DNA of 64,000 nucleotides from Octopus sinensis (GCF_006345805.1 NC_043010.1:59954001-60018000); one strand, 5' to 3'. Positions 1 to 12,900 are shown, numbered from the stretch's first letter. A program made the numbers and translations. The notes: a model not told the origin generated them from the sequence alone.

Positions 1-930
1 TTTTGACAGGCTCCCTTGTTCTGAGATCTGGAGGTTACTGAGAAAGCTGGGAGTAGATAAATGACCTACGAGAGTCCAACAAATCATGTACATGGATGTT
101 ATCAGCAAGGTGAGAGTGATGAGTGTAGTGACAAACTTAATGTGCCGGCAGGGGTCCACTATGGCTTAGTTCTTAATCCTTGTATATTCATTATATTATA
201 ATCCCTGTATATTTATTATAGTATATTGGACACATGAAAGAAATTTATGACTGGATGCCTGTGAAAACTTCCATGATGACAATGACTTCATTCCCATAAC
301 TGAAACTGTAGCAAGATTAGCGGGGAAATTATGGATGTGGAAGTTACACCTAAAATAAAAGACTTCAAAGTTACCTTTGTAGAGACTCATCTGTTTAAGT
401 CCTTTGCATTCATCAGAGAGATGGCCTTGTTCAATACAAAGAAAAGGAGTAGGCAGAAAGTCCATATGGTGTGCTCAGGGCAAACTATGAGTACACAATA
501 AGTGCAGCAGTATGACAAGCATTTAAACAGAGAAAGCAGGCTTTGCACATGGCAGATACTTTGGAACAATAAACACTAAGAGCACACAGGAAACAGATTC
601 TTTTAAATGCACAGAAGGATGTTGATAGCCTCTGTCACTTAGGTTGCCTAATTAGCAGCAGAAGAGGATTTTCTAAAAGAATAGTAGCTAGAATAAGAAA
701 GGCTGGAGAAAGTTCAGAGAGCTATTGTCTGTTGGTAATGAAGGTTTTCTCTTTGTGTACAAGTTGCAATTTTATGCAGTGGTGAGACAAAAAAAGACCA
801 GAAAGGCAGGAAGTGAATGTCCATATGCTGAGGGATGAGCGATGTAAGTTTAGAAAGCAGTCACAGTTTTCCATGATAATGAGGAGATATTTGTACTGAT
901 GTCTATATAGTAATGTGCATACTCTGTTGT
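1..930 (+). mobile_element. Decayed RTE-clade LINE fragment (RT to C-terminal region)
   Basis: Frameshifted translation gives FDRLPCSEIWRLLRKLGVD, GVHYGLVL, WPCSIQRKGVGRKSIWC and GWRKFRELL, which match the RTE RT seen more intact at 13691-13960. Many stops. Confidence 0.75.
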
Positions 931-1270
931 GTGTGCACATCTAGCGGATCATGCTAGCTTCATTACTTTTGAGCCTACGCAGTCACTGCCATGAAGCATG
1001 GCAGTTCACACACCTGCATCGTACAAACTATCTTCTACTCTGAGCGAGAGACCCTTTGTCACCAGTAGGGGTAGAAGCTTTCTGAACTTAGCCTAGGCTA
1101 TTCTTATTCTAGTGGTAACACTCTCTGAGCATCCACCCTCACTACAGACTTGGTCACCTTCGTAATGGAAGCTATCAACTACTTCTAGTTTCTTCTCCTG
1201 GCATGTGATGGAATCTGTTTTCTGAGCATCTGTGGTGTTTATTGCCCCTGTGAATCTGCTGCACACAAAA
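931..1270 (-). mobile_element. Decayed RTE-clade LINE fragment (C-terminal region), inverted relative to 1-930
   Basis: Minus strand reads KLEVVDSFHYEGDQVCSEGGCSESVTTRIRIA*AKFRKLLPLLVTKGLSLRV...AMLHGS. Confidence 0.75.
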
Positions 1271-1271
1271 G

Positions 1272-2475
1272 CTATCTTCCTGGTTTAATCTTCCTTTGAT
1301 GTTGCTGCACCTCTTATGTGTCCATAGCTTACTTTCTATCATTTTTGGTCCAGTCTATAATTCCAACTCCATATCTGATTAAGCTAACTGATCTTGAATT
1401 TATTGTTTCAATAAAATTTTTGGAATTCACCTTTGACTACAATAATTTTCTCACCCTCCTTGTGTACTCCCAACTGGTAATTTATTTCATTTCTTCATTT
1501 TTTTTTTAATCTCGTCTGCTTCCAGTATTCCCAAGTACTCGTACCACTGTCCTTTCTCAACCACTCTCATTCTTTGACCATTTGGCATTACAATTCCTTG
1601 GCTTCTTTCAAATCTTCCTTGTTTCATTTTCAGTATTGCCCACTTTTCTATCCCAAATTCCATACCTACAACATTTGAGAAAATGTGGATTGTTCTTTAC
1701 AAGACTTCCAAGCTGTTTCTCATTTATATCATCCATGAAAAGGAAATGATTTATCTGACCATTTCCTTTTCCCAAATTGTAGGCTATTTTAACATTACAT
1801 AGTATCATAGTGAACAGTGTCATCAGCCAATCCCACCTTTTTTTCCAGTAACTTCTGTTGTGGCCCCATGGAATTGATGGTGTAGTCCCTTATATAATAC
1901 TTCTTCATGTCCTTTTTGCACATCTTCCTATGTTTTTTTTCGTTTTGCTCTGCTTTCAATACTCCCTCATTCCTAACTGACACCAGCAAGGTTCCCTTAC
2001 TTTCGGCTAGGTATCTCATTAAGCTCTTGAATTCGATGTGCACACAGTCTTCCTCCATTTGCTCTCTTCATGTAGAGGTGATCAGTATCCAGATGGGGAT
2101 GATGGGCTCCATGCATCATTAGAAGCTGTCAATTCCGTTCTTCAACATTTCATGCTTTTCCATTTAAGACTTCTCATATTTTCAGCTACTCCATACATTT
2201 CCATTGTTTTTATTTTCCAAGAGTGTGGTATCATATCGTATGCTTTACGATAGTGATCCCATGCTATGGTCAGGTTTGTGTGTCTTCTCTTGCAGTTCCT
2301 GATAATTAGATTATCTTTTAAGAGTTGATCCTTTGTTCCTTGGCTCCTCTTTCGGCACCCTTTCTGATCAATAGGGAGCAGCCTACTGTTTCCCAGGTAG
2401 CTATATAGTTCACCGGCCAATGCACCTGACATCAATTTCCACATTAGCAGAATGCACATTATTGGTCTAAAGTTG
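1272..2475 (-). mobile_element. R4/Dong-like (RLE-type) non-LTR retrotransposon RT fragments, internally rearranged
   Basis: ORF 2142-2459 has [16 protein letters not shown] and [15 protein letters not shown] 1608-1823 has INHFLFMDD. YEYLGILE lies near 1540 and HGAHHPHLDTDHLY near 2110. Confidence 0.85.
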
Positions 2476-2800
2476 CCTGCAACTATTATTATTATTATTA
2501 TTGTTATTATTATTTACATTACTGCTGTTTTTTTTCTTATGCAAGCTATTCCAAGTCTCATCCAGAGACCTCAAATAATTGCAGTTTGGACATTTTACTA
2601 TGGGTATTATTTTTGATTAACAATGAAATATTTTTACAGGCAGAAGACCAGAACCGGAGAACTAATATTCCGTTAAATTTATATTTTAGTTTTGAAAGAG
2701 TTTTTAGTGAATCAGGTATTTTCAAGTTGACAACGTCTCTCTTAGGATGAGGGCAGCCACTCCACTGATATTGCATAACGAGGATATATCAAACACTTAA
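2476..2800 (-). mobile_element. 3' end and (TAA)n tail of another R4/Dong-like element
   Basis: Minus strand has ORF end ILRETLST*, then GAGGTCTCTGGATGAGACTTGGA (shared with the 3' ends at ~39526 and 42352), then an AAT-repeat tail. Confidence 0.6.
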
Positions 2801-3784
2801 CATCATTTTTTTTTTTGCGGAAAACAATTATGTAAGCCTGGCAGTTAATTTGACAAAATGCAAAATGTGTTTTATAAAGCATAAAATATCATACGAGTTT
2901 TCTGTACTTTATCAGTTATTATTGCGACTCCATTCCACACTGCAGCCTATTCTGTAGTTTGATGTTATGATGACTGGCCAGAGACAGCCAGTGGTGGAAG
3001 AGGTCCAGGGAGGGGTTCCTCCTTCAGGAGTGATGATACCCTGGAAGTGGAAGTTGCACTGCACTGGACATAGGAGTGGGCGGGGGGTGGGGTGGATGTG
3101 CTGCTGAACCTTAACTTTGCTTACATGTCATACTTTACATATGTACACTCCACACACACACACACACACACACACTATAATACCTTCCATAGCACTGCTC
3201 CCCTTAGTGTTGATTCTCGATAATGTTTTGACTTTTTGGAGACAATATTTTCAGTGGGATAATAATACATAAAAATAAAGATAGAATTTACAAAAAAAAA
3301 CAAAAAAACAGGGAATTTCCATAGGTCCAACTAGGGACCCATAGAATTCTTCTTTTTTTTTTTTTTTTGATGCTTAAATTTTGTATTTCTTGTTTTTGTT
3401 GTTTGTATTTTAAAGATTTTTATGATAATGAGCTGCATTGAGATTATCAAGAAAAAAAGATTTTGATCATAGAAGCCTCAAACTGTCCCTGATATTGTCT
3501 TCTTCTTTGAGCCTTTCTCAAATTAAACAATTGTTCTCTATTCTTTCTTTCTCAGAGTTCTTACTGATGTTCTTTCATTTTCTCTTTCATTATGTTTGTA
3601 TATAATCAACACATTGTTCTCTCTTCTCAAATCTGTTGACTTTTCACTTTGATACTTCAGCCGTCGTCCTCTACATTTTGTGATCAGTGATGTTAGCTCG
3701 ACTTATCTTTTGGCTTTATCTTAAGCTTACTCTTTCTTTCTTGCTTTTGTTCTTCTCTCATCCTCTGCCAGCATCTCATGCTAA

Positions 3785-4135
3785 AAAGCTCAACCATTTC
3801 CACATGTATTGCCTAAGGAAGATTCTTGGCATAAAAATACCAGCATCGGATTCCTGATACAAAGATTTTCAGAGATGCCAAACCAGGGGCCCCAAGGCAT
3901 TTGAATCATCAAGGATCTGCATAGCAACTGCTAAACGAAAAGCTTGTGAATCCTATCTTAGCAACCCTGTGTGTGCTGTCTGTGGCAAATACTTCCTTTG
4001 CCAGAACAGACAGTTTTGTCCACAGCAAGAGACACATAAACAAGCAATCTTCTTCTGTCTTTGTTTGTTTCTTTCCCTCGGGGTCAGCGTTGCGAGGCAG
4101 CTGCTATGTCATCACGACTGTGATTTTGACAAAAC
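3785..4135 (+). mobile_element. 3' fragment of a BovB-like RTE LINE
   Basis: KLNHFHMYCLRKILGI and HRIPDTKIF, followed by a decayed C-terminal Cys/His region (SSSVFVC...). Confidence 0.55.
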
Positions 4136-5918
4136 AAGCTATCATTACCATCACGTGTGTGTGTGTGTGTGTGAGTGTGTGTGTGCATGTGTCTGTGTAT
4201 GCATACATGTGTGTTAGTGTGCATCAGTGGTGCTTCAGAAGTAACCTGCCTTTTACCCCCACTCCCCACCCAGGTTCTTTTAAGATTTTAAGAGAAAATC
4301 TGTTTTCCTTATTGTCGTCATCATCATCATCATCATCAGTAGAAGCATCATCAGTACCATCATCATATTTACCACATTCAATCACAACCATACCATTCTA
4401 CACCATCCTCATCACCACTGTCATTTCAACCACCACCATTATCACAGCTTGAGGAAGATTCTACTGCTGTTTCTAACAGGTCAAATCACCACGTAGAGGC
4501 TCCCTGCAAATACCCTTTCAGTATATCCAGCAGCTTTGATGTATTCCATCTGAAGAATATAGGGAACCTATAGTTTCCATAGAAAATAGCTGGATATTAA
4601 ACAACAGACAAAAGACATGTATTATTTGTTATTAATTTAACTTCAAGAGTTCAAATCCCCACCTTGGTCAGCTTAGCCTGATATTCTTCCAGAGTTAATA
4701 AGATGAAGTACCAGTCATGTAATGGGGTTAACTAACCAACTGTTCCTTCCCTCTAAAACGCTGGTCATGATCCAATGTATGAAATGAATTTCTTTTAATT
4801 TAATGAAACGTTTTTAACCAGAGAGATTAAAGCTGGATCTTTTCAACAACTCAGAGATTGACACAGAGATTAAAGATTGGCAGGAAATTTATTTTAGGTC
4901 ATCAACATTGCTGAAAATCTTTATTCACAACAGTGAAAGGGTTGCTGACACATTTTCTAGACACACAAGTTCCATTCAGTTGGTTGTGATTACAAATAAA
5001 TACAAGTGTTTTACAAATCTTGCGTACCTTGACCATTTTCTCTTGTGTAGCCTAGGGGCAAGTGTACCCTGGCTTGAGAACCTTTCTGAACTATATCCTC
5101 CCTAAATTTGAAACCTCATGCTCCAGTTTCAGTTCAATATTCTAGCTGATGACAGAAACTATGTACTGCTTTGAAGATATTTCTATTTCTTCTGTTGCTC
5201 ACAGTTTGTCTTTACGATTCCTAGACATTCTACCACTCTAGATATGTCTTATCTTGTGACTACATATTTGTGTATTATTCTAACTTAATGGTCACACAGT
5301 TATAATCTCATGTAATTTTTTTTGTTCATTCCTCCCAATTCTAATAGCAACTACTTTGCTTAATCTTTCCGTCTTGTCCTTATAATATTGGATCTATGTT
5401 ATAAATGACATGTTGTTGTACTGGCTATTAAAATTCTAATTAATGTTTTAGCTTTTAGATTCAACTATGAGATTGCTGATGCCTACATAATTTTTTCTAA
5501 AAAAGTATTTGAGACATATCAATAACCTTGTGGATAAAAGTGTAACTGTTATTGGTTTAGCAACAACAGTTCCTAGTTTGAATCCATCCTGGTATTAAGT
5601 ACATATGCAGGAATAATCTGATGACAACTTCTTACTCAGAGAAGTAAAGGAAATTACCCAAACATTTTTCATGGTTTGTTGACTGTTCATCAGTGCATTC
5701 ACTCCTTCTGCTCATGAAGAGGACTGATAGTAAATCACTATTTAAATCGAACACAAACTAGAATTCAGCTGTAATAGTTAGATAAATTTACATATCTCTT
5801 GTCAGCAGCTTGATTAAATAATGAATATTTATTCACAGTAGAACAGAAAATAAAAATTCTTGGATAAATTTAATGCGATTAAACTACAGCTTTTGAATCT
5901 TTCATTGTGGAACCTTAA

Positions 5919-6138
5919 CCCTTTAGCATTCAGATAAATTTGTCAAAAGTAACCCTTATTTATTCACATTAAAAGAAGTTTATCTGATATTATTTTGTAG
6001 CTTCAAGATAGGAAAGATGTAATTGCTTATTTTTAGAATGACATTGCAGAGTAGGTGTGAGATGCTGGTTCTGGCCAGTTTGAGCATAAAATGTGTAAAA
6101 TATTTGGGCCGGATACAGCCAGTTTAAACACTAAAGGG
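5919..6138. mobile_element. piggyBac-like MITE
   Basis: TTAA at 5915-18 and 6139-42 flank terminal inverted repeats CCCTTTAG...CTAAAGGG. The element is 220 bp with no ORF. Confidence 0.8.
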
Positions 6139-6824
6139 TTAAGCAGATGTGAATCCTTTCTTAGCTAACTCACGTACAAATTTCAACTAAATAACCTATG
6201 ACTTCTTAAACTTTGGTTCCACAGATATTGGATGAAATATAATTTAGTTGAATATTTCATACAACTAAATTCATTTTTATCTGAAAGAATTTTATTTAAT
6301 CATTGTTAACCTGATTTTTCTGAATAGAAAACAGTGAGGCAAATTGTCAGATCACACTGTCTCCAAAACTTATTCTGCACTTGACTAATTTATCACACTA
6401 CAAATCTGTCCCTGCTTTGGCTGCCACTAAAGACATTAAATGCAAATTAAACTTCTCTAACATTCTTTTTCACAGACATCCTTACATTGGCAGTTGATAA
6501 CATTTTAACCTCTCCAACCATGAACTTTTCACGTAGATAACAACTAAAAGAAGGTACTATGATATGCCCATTGCCTACTTCCTCAAGCAACTGAGTTCAT
6601 GGCAGTCTTTGGAAAGTCAAACAAAACTTTTGAGCTTCAATGAGTAAAAATTTGTCGGATGACGGTTCCAGTATTTAAGAATTAATTGATTATGCCATTG
6701 TCTGTTGAAACAAACCATTGTCTGTTGAAGGTATGGTTATGCAAGTTTTGCAAAACACATGTCAGCAAAATAAAGTCATACAACTTCCTCATTCTTTATC
6801 CGATATATATGTATTTATATATAT

Positions 6825-7365
6825 TTGTAATGGAACAAAAATGTAACAGGCGACAACAAAACATTCAGGCAGCAGGTGCTACAAAAAAGGACAGGAAAAA
6901 ACAAGAATGGGACATTCGGAGCCTTCAATCTTCAGTTGAGAAACAGATTGTTGTTGCAGTTTCAGCTGGTTAATCTCGAGACTGCTCTAATCTGGCTGGT
7001 CCCAAGGAAATCTAAGCTAAGAGCACTAGATTCTTTGGAAGAAAGCAAACAAATGTATAGAAAACAAGGACAAAAAGAAAAAAAAACAGAGAAATGTTAC
7101 ACAATTACAAATTACAAACAGGACATTAACAACAGGTGTCTTTCGACTAAGAACGAACTAAATTAAGCTGGTGTGTGTGGAAGTAAAGCCACACAACAGG
7201 AACATAAAAGATATCAGAGTAAGTGCAGAAATGTGAAACAAGGTGGAAAAAATAGTACTTGAATCCTGGAGGTAGAGTATATGTATTATTAAAAAAGCTG
7301 CAAAGACATCACAAAAATTGTTACTCAGAGTTTCACATTCCTGTTTGTCAGACAGTTTGGGCTTA
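6825..7365 (-). mobile_element. ORF-less repeat, probably Penelope-like terminal-repeat derived, with a hammerhead motif at one end
   Basis: Segment 7215-7365 is homologous to 58706-58860. It is bounded by TA-rich runs and has no coding capacity. Confidence 0.55.
7315..7358 (-). ncRNA. Minimal type I hammerhead ribozyme relic (family E)
   Basis: Minus strand reads AAACTGT CTGACAA ACA-GGAA-TGT GAAA CTCTGAGT A ACAATTT: stem I 6/7 paired, core CUGACAA (G8 to A), stem II 3 bp, GAAA, pseudo-palindromic stem III. Confidence 0.7.
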
Positions 7366-7389
7366 GAATATATCTATCTATCTATATTC

Positions 7390-7431
<42 letters not shown>

Positions 7432-7944
7432 TCGTGCCACTCTGTCAGTTATGGCCACACTCTCAAAATTGCTGGTTAAGAACCAAAATTTGAAACCACT
7501 CTATAGAACAGATGTTTTATATATTGAGGAAACTTTGTTTGATATGCAGAACACATGGTCTAATAAATAGAACATCTGCATGATGTATAAAACACATGTT
7601 CAGAAGGCTGCACCAGGCTCCAATCTGGTGCAGCCTTCTAACTGGTTCATCTGCTAATAATATTGCTGTTTGATGGTATATCATTGTTATTGCAGATATC
7701 AGGTCTAGGTATCATCACCATAGCCTCATAGATGACCCCTTCAGCCTTGCATAAGCCTCCTACTGGACAGTTATTATATACTCTGCCTCTTCCCTTGTAT
7801 TGATAAATGTTCTTTTATGTTAGGTGCACAACTAAAGGAGACTCTTAGGTTGTGCCTGTTAAACAAACACCTGTATCTGTGTGTGTGTGTGTATGTGTGT
7901 AAAATGTTTGTCTGTTAATTTAAGGAAAATCTTTCCCACCCAAG

Positions 7945-8311
7945 TCAAGACATTAAGTGAGAAAGGAGGAGCAAACCAAACGAAATTTCTGCAGAGCTCC
8001 TTTTCTGGGTGCTAGGGCCAGGCCTGTAAGAGATGCAGTCCTTAAACCCACGCAATGCCAGTACCTCATTGTAGTAGGGAGGAATGGCATTGAAGATATC
8101 TTGGCTCAAGGATAGACTCAAGATCCTCTTGCTTACACCTTTCACTAGGTTCTTGAAAACTTTGGGGGAGTGGCAGGAGGCTGTGTCTAATATAAGACAG
8201 TCTCTGATTTGGCTTGTGACACAGCCTGTATGTACCAGAGCCCGGATCTAATGTAACATCTAAGAAATCTACTGTAGTGAAATTAGTCTCAATAGTGATC
8301 ATGAGATCCAT
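7945..8311 (-). mobile_element. Penelope-like element RT C-terminal fragment
   Basis: ITIETNFTTVDFLDVTLD...GTYRLCHKPNQRLSYI and KGVSKRI...SQDIFNAIPPYYNE, typical of the PLE RT thumb region. Frameshifted. Confidence 0.8.
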
Positions 8312-10281
8312 TGAGCCTAAGATCAGGTTTGTATAAAAAGTGAAAGGCTACAAAATTGTGTTTGTAATGTGTTTTGACCGCTGTCAAATAACAGTATGTT
8401 GAGGCTTTAATCTTTTGTACAAAGAAAATTGAAACTATTCAAATTAGTTTAAAATATATTTAATATACTCTATATGGATTTAAATAATCCCAAAAAGCTC
8501 CTTTAGTGGACTCAGCCAAATACCACTTCTTAAATCAATGTATAGGAGTATAATGTAGAGTGCTATGCAGCTGAAATCCAGCATGTGCAATTAATGAAAA
8601 TTATTTCATGAGGATTATATAAAATCTAAAGAAAGTCAGGAGGTGTGAGAGATGAATATATCTGTTTCACCAGTTGATATCCATGGGATGACAGCTGCTT
8701 TGAAGCCAACAAGGTATCATGGACTGCATTATCCAATTAACCTTTTGTTTTTACAATATTCAGATGTGCTTTCAGGAAGATTCAGCTACTATTTCTAGCA
8801 GGTCAAATAACCATAGAGAGGTTTCGTAGCTGTTGCTGTTGAGGGTGGAAAAATCATTAGAGCACTGGACATTATAACTTTATATAGTCTGAATACAAAT
8901 ACTATGATGGTCAACCTTACCTTTCATCCTTCTGTGTCAATAAAATAATGTATTGGGACCACACTAACTCCCTCCTGCTAAAATTGCTATCCTTGCACCT
9001 AAATTTGAAACAGCCGATGTTAAGTACTACGTATGTATCATACTTGCTATCAATTCCAAAGACTCCCTTTACAAATACGAGTCTCCTCGCACCTATTTAA
9101 GACCTTTTTAAAGAAAATTGTAAACTACTCTTTTAATTATATTAATGAAAAAAAATGGTGATTTTTAGATTATCTCTCTGGGTGACAATGTCTAAAACAT
9201 TATGAGATGTCTAGAATATAATCATCTTTTTTACATTATTAATGAGCCATTGAAGAAGCCTCCTTGAGGTTATTTGATCAGCTATAAATTGCCGATTTTA
9301 CATCTTGCTGTCTTAATAAGAGGCAATACATACATGCTGAATAATGTAGTCTTAGATACACTATTCCTGAAAATAAAATGTGAAGGTCATGGCTGGAATG
9401 TGTTTGATGATTTGTTTACTCAATCAGGATTGACCTAAGTTGAACAACTACAGCTGTTGGTTAGTAACACTCACATGAGACGGTAAGGGGGGTGGGGCAG
9501 CAATCAGAGAATTAGAACCAATTAAATATTGGTCTACTTAAGATTATAATTCAGGATTGTACAAATTAAATTAGATAATAAACGTGTTTCAATCTATTAT
9601 GTATTAATAATCAAATTGGAAATAAGGTGAATTGCTGGTGTTGTTAGGATAAAATATATAATGTAAGATTTAAAATGGTGGAAGCAGAAAAACTGAACAC
9701 TCTGAACTGTATAGGAAATAGTGAAGCTAAACTAGAAAGATTACACCATGATGGAATTATACTGGGAATTGAGCTAATATTTGACTCTGTTTTTCACACA
9801 ACATTCTTTGCTAGTTTAATCACTCAGTGGCTAGTGCAGAATAATCAATAATTCGGTGTTTTTAAACTTAAAACTAAGCATTTTCTTGATAGTCTAGAGA
9901 AAGCTGATAAGTCTGCAGAGGATAAAACAACATAACATTGAATAGAGCCAATCTATGTATGGGAAGATTGTATGATAACTGCAACAATTTTCACAAAAGA
10001 TCAGGTTTGTATAAAAAGTGAAAGACTACAAAATATAATGTGTTCTGACCTCTGCAAAAGAACTGTTTGTTGAGGCTTTAATCTTTTGTACAAAGAAAAT
10101 TGAAACCATTCAAATTAGTTTAAAAAGATGTTGTTTTTTGTATTTTTAGAATATTAAGGTGTACGTTGTGATGCTGCAGACAACTGTCTCAGTCAGATTT
10201 TATTTCCTCATCTGCTTTGACAGTAACACAATGGTCATTTCTATTCTAGGCTAAATTCCAGACAGCCAATGTTCTCAAATA

Positions 10282-11517
10282 TCAGGTTATTAAGAATAAA
10301 ATGTCCAATTTTCTTGTGCACCAAGTTTGAAAGTCGTTAACTCTAATGTTTTATCCTGACTATTCTTTGTTTTACAACATTGAAGAGTTACATCATCACT
10401 TTTTGAAATGCAATTCATGGTGGATAGATAAAAAAATTCATGTTGTTTATGGATATAAGTTCCGTTTTGGAACCAATGTATCCCAGACAGCTCAAAACAT
10501 CAATGGGGTGTTTGGTGAAGATGTGGTGAATGAGCACACTGCACATCAATGGTTTGAGAAGTTCCGGTCTGGTGACTTTATCTTGAAAATCAGCCCTGTG
10601 CTAGACCTGAGACCAAGGTGGATAATGATGGACTGGAAACTGTAGTGGAAGAAGATGCATCTCAAACAACAGGTGAGTTGGCATCAAGGTTTGATGTTTT
10701 GGTTCCAACTGTATTGGCTTATCTGAAACAAACTGACAAGGTAAAGAAGCTGGACAAGATGAGTACCACACAAACCGAATGAGCATCAGATGACGCATCA
10801 TCTTGAAACTTGCTGTTCTTTGCTGTCATGGAATAAAAGTAAACCATTTTTGCATTGTATTGTTACATGTGATGAAAACTGGATTCTTTTCAACAATAGC
10901 AAACATTCTGCACGGTGGTTGGATAGAGGCAAAGTGCCAAGACACAATCTGAAAAAGAATATTCTCCAAAAGAAGTTAATGGTGTCTGTTTGGTGGTCCA
11001 GCACTGGTGTCATCCACTACAGCTTCATGAGACTTGGTAAGTAAATTACAGCATCATGAGATACATCAACCAATTGGATGAAATGATGAGTGAACTTGCA
11101 ATTAAACAACTAAGATTGGTCAATAGAGACAGGCCAATTCTCTTGCAAGACAATGCTTGACCACGTGTTGCACAAAGAACGTTACTCAAGTTACAGGAAC
11201 TGAACTTGGAAGTACTCTGTCGTCCACCATATTCACTTGACCTTGCACTAACTGACTATCATGTTTTCCAGGCATTAGACAACTTTTTGTAAGGAAAAAA
11301 CTTAAAATCTGAAGAAGATGCCAAAACAGCTTTCGTGATTTCATCACCTCTTGCTCTCCAGAATTCTTAGCTGCTGGCATAAATAAGCTACCAATAAAAT
11401 GGCAAAATTGTGTTGATAATTTAGGTGCATACTTTGATTAACTGCAATGCTTTTTGTTGAGATAAAATAAAATAAACTTTCAGTTCAAAATCGGACATTT
11501 CATTCTTAACGACCTGA
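10282..11517 (+). mobile_element. Full-length but inactivated mariner (DD34D-type) DNA transposon
   Basis: TA target duplications at 10280-81 and 11518-19. TIRs TCAGGTTATTAAGAATAAAATGTCC and its near-perfect reverse complement. Transposase motifs WFEKFRSGD, IVTCDENWI, KKLMVSVWW, LLQDNA, PPYSLDLALTDY, with frameshifts and stops. Confidence 0.95.
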
Positions 11518-12539
11518 TATTTTCCTTTTTCTTTATACTTGCTGGGTCTGGAGGAAGGAGCAGTGTCTGTGGCCTTTACACGCCTCCCTAGACTGGTAAA
11601 ATTAATGGTTTTTAATGTTCCTTTGAATAATTACAAATCAATATCTGTTGAAAAGACATGAATAGGGAAGCAATTCTAGAGGACAAGTGTCATTGAAAGG
11701 GAGGATTGAATGTAGCGGTTAGGGTGGGATCTGGGTGGTTGGACACAACAAAGATAATAAAAAGAGGAAAGATGAGTAGGCTGGGATAACCTGGGTGGAA
11801 ATGAGATGACCAACCACAGGGAGGAGTCAATCAGTTTCTTGGTTCTACACCTCATCCCCCAGGAATTGCTCACAAAACACTAGTTGAACGATGAGAAGTA
11901 TGAAAGGACTAATAATAAATTCAAAGCAATTTTTGGATCTGCCTCCATTGTTCCCTTGAGTAACTCTAATGCTGTCATAGGTATACCTTGATTTATAATG
12001 TTGCTGTCTATAAATTCAATGTACCATTAAAAATTGGTAGTGTCTACTTTGAAAACAGACCAGAGAAGATTGATGAGACACTTCCTTCGCCTATCATGAA
12101 AAAATCATTCTTTCATACTAATTATAAAGAAGATAATGTTAAACAGGTGAGTGGACCTGTTCACAATGCTCACTTTTGGTGTTAAACACACATTTTCTTT
12201 AGAACCTCTAATGTAGTCCCTAACAGACATCTAATCAACCTCTCAATAAAAAGTCTTGTATAATTGTATATATTTTTTTATGTCATTACATCTTCAATAT
12301 GGTCTGAAGGAATGAATAGAAGAAAAAAGAGCAAAAGTAGCTCGAAGAAGCCATCTGTGTGTTAGAAGGGAATTTGGACATGTATGATAATTGATATGTT
12401 CAAAATACACCCAGGTGGATAATGATAGATAATATGTTTCTAGAATTTTGATTATTTGTCAGATATGAAAAATACATGAAAGTATATTTATAACCAATGT
12501 AATCTATAAATTGACTGTAACACTGAAAGTTGCAAACTT

Positions 12540-12900
12540 AAGGACTCCAGCTGTTACATTGCATTATATTGGACAAACTAGTACATCACTCATATGCAGG
12601 CTCACCAGGTATTTACAACAAGGGACTAATGCAAAACACTATACCATACACCACAAAACTAAGTTTGATGGTGATACTTACAAATTCTATAAAATCCCTC
12701 ACAAAAATTGATTAACCATGGAAACCATGGCCATATCACCGTACACTACCAAAACAAATATGTAAACAACACATCTGAAAATGAACATGTGGCTACTGGC
12801 ATGCAAACCAAACAGCCAAAAAATTGACCCTAACAAACAAATCAATATGTAACTGATGACATAGGAGCTAATGGTCAAAGATTCTTTGGCAGGAAATTCT
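12540..12900 (+). mobile_element. Penelope-like GIY-YIG endonuclease fragment and 3' region
   Basis: LHYIGQTSTSLICRLTRYLQQG resembles the YIGQT...RL.EH half of the PLE GIY-YIG domain. Confidence 0.6.

Noticed and set aside
3946-4452. 168-aa ORF
   Set aside because: A chance read-through of an RTE 3' relic into (GT)n and (CAT/CAC)n low-complexity sequence.
5142-5170. CTGATGA-CA-GAAA-CTATGT-A hammerhead-like string
   Set aside because: Stem II is absent, stem I has only ~3 bp and no second copy was seen, so it is consistent with chance.
6905-6945. CTGAAGA...GAATGTC on the minus strand
   Set aside because: GAAA, stem II and stem I all need several corrections, so it is unsupported.
10346-11420. 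Domesticated SETMAR-like or active mariner transposase gene
   Set aside because: Multiple frameshifts and stops, no SET domain, and it is bounded by TIRs and TA duplications.
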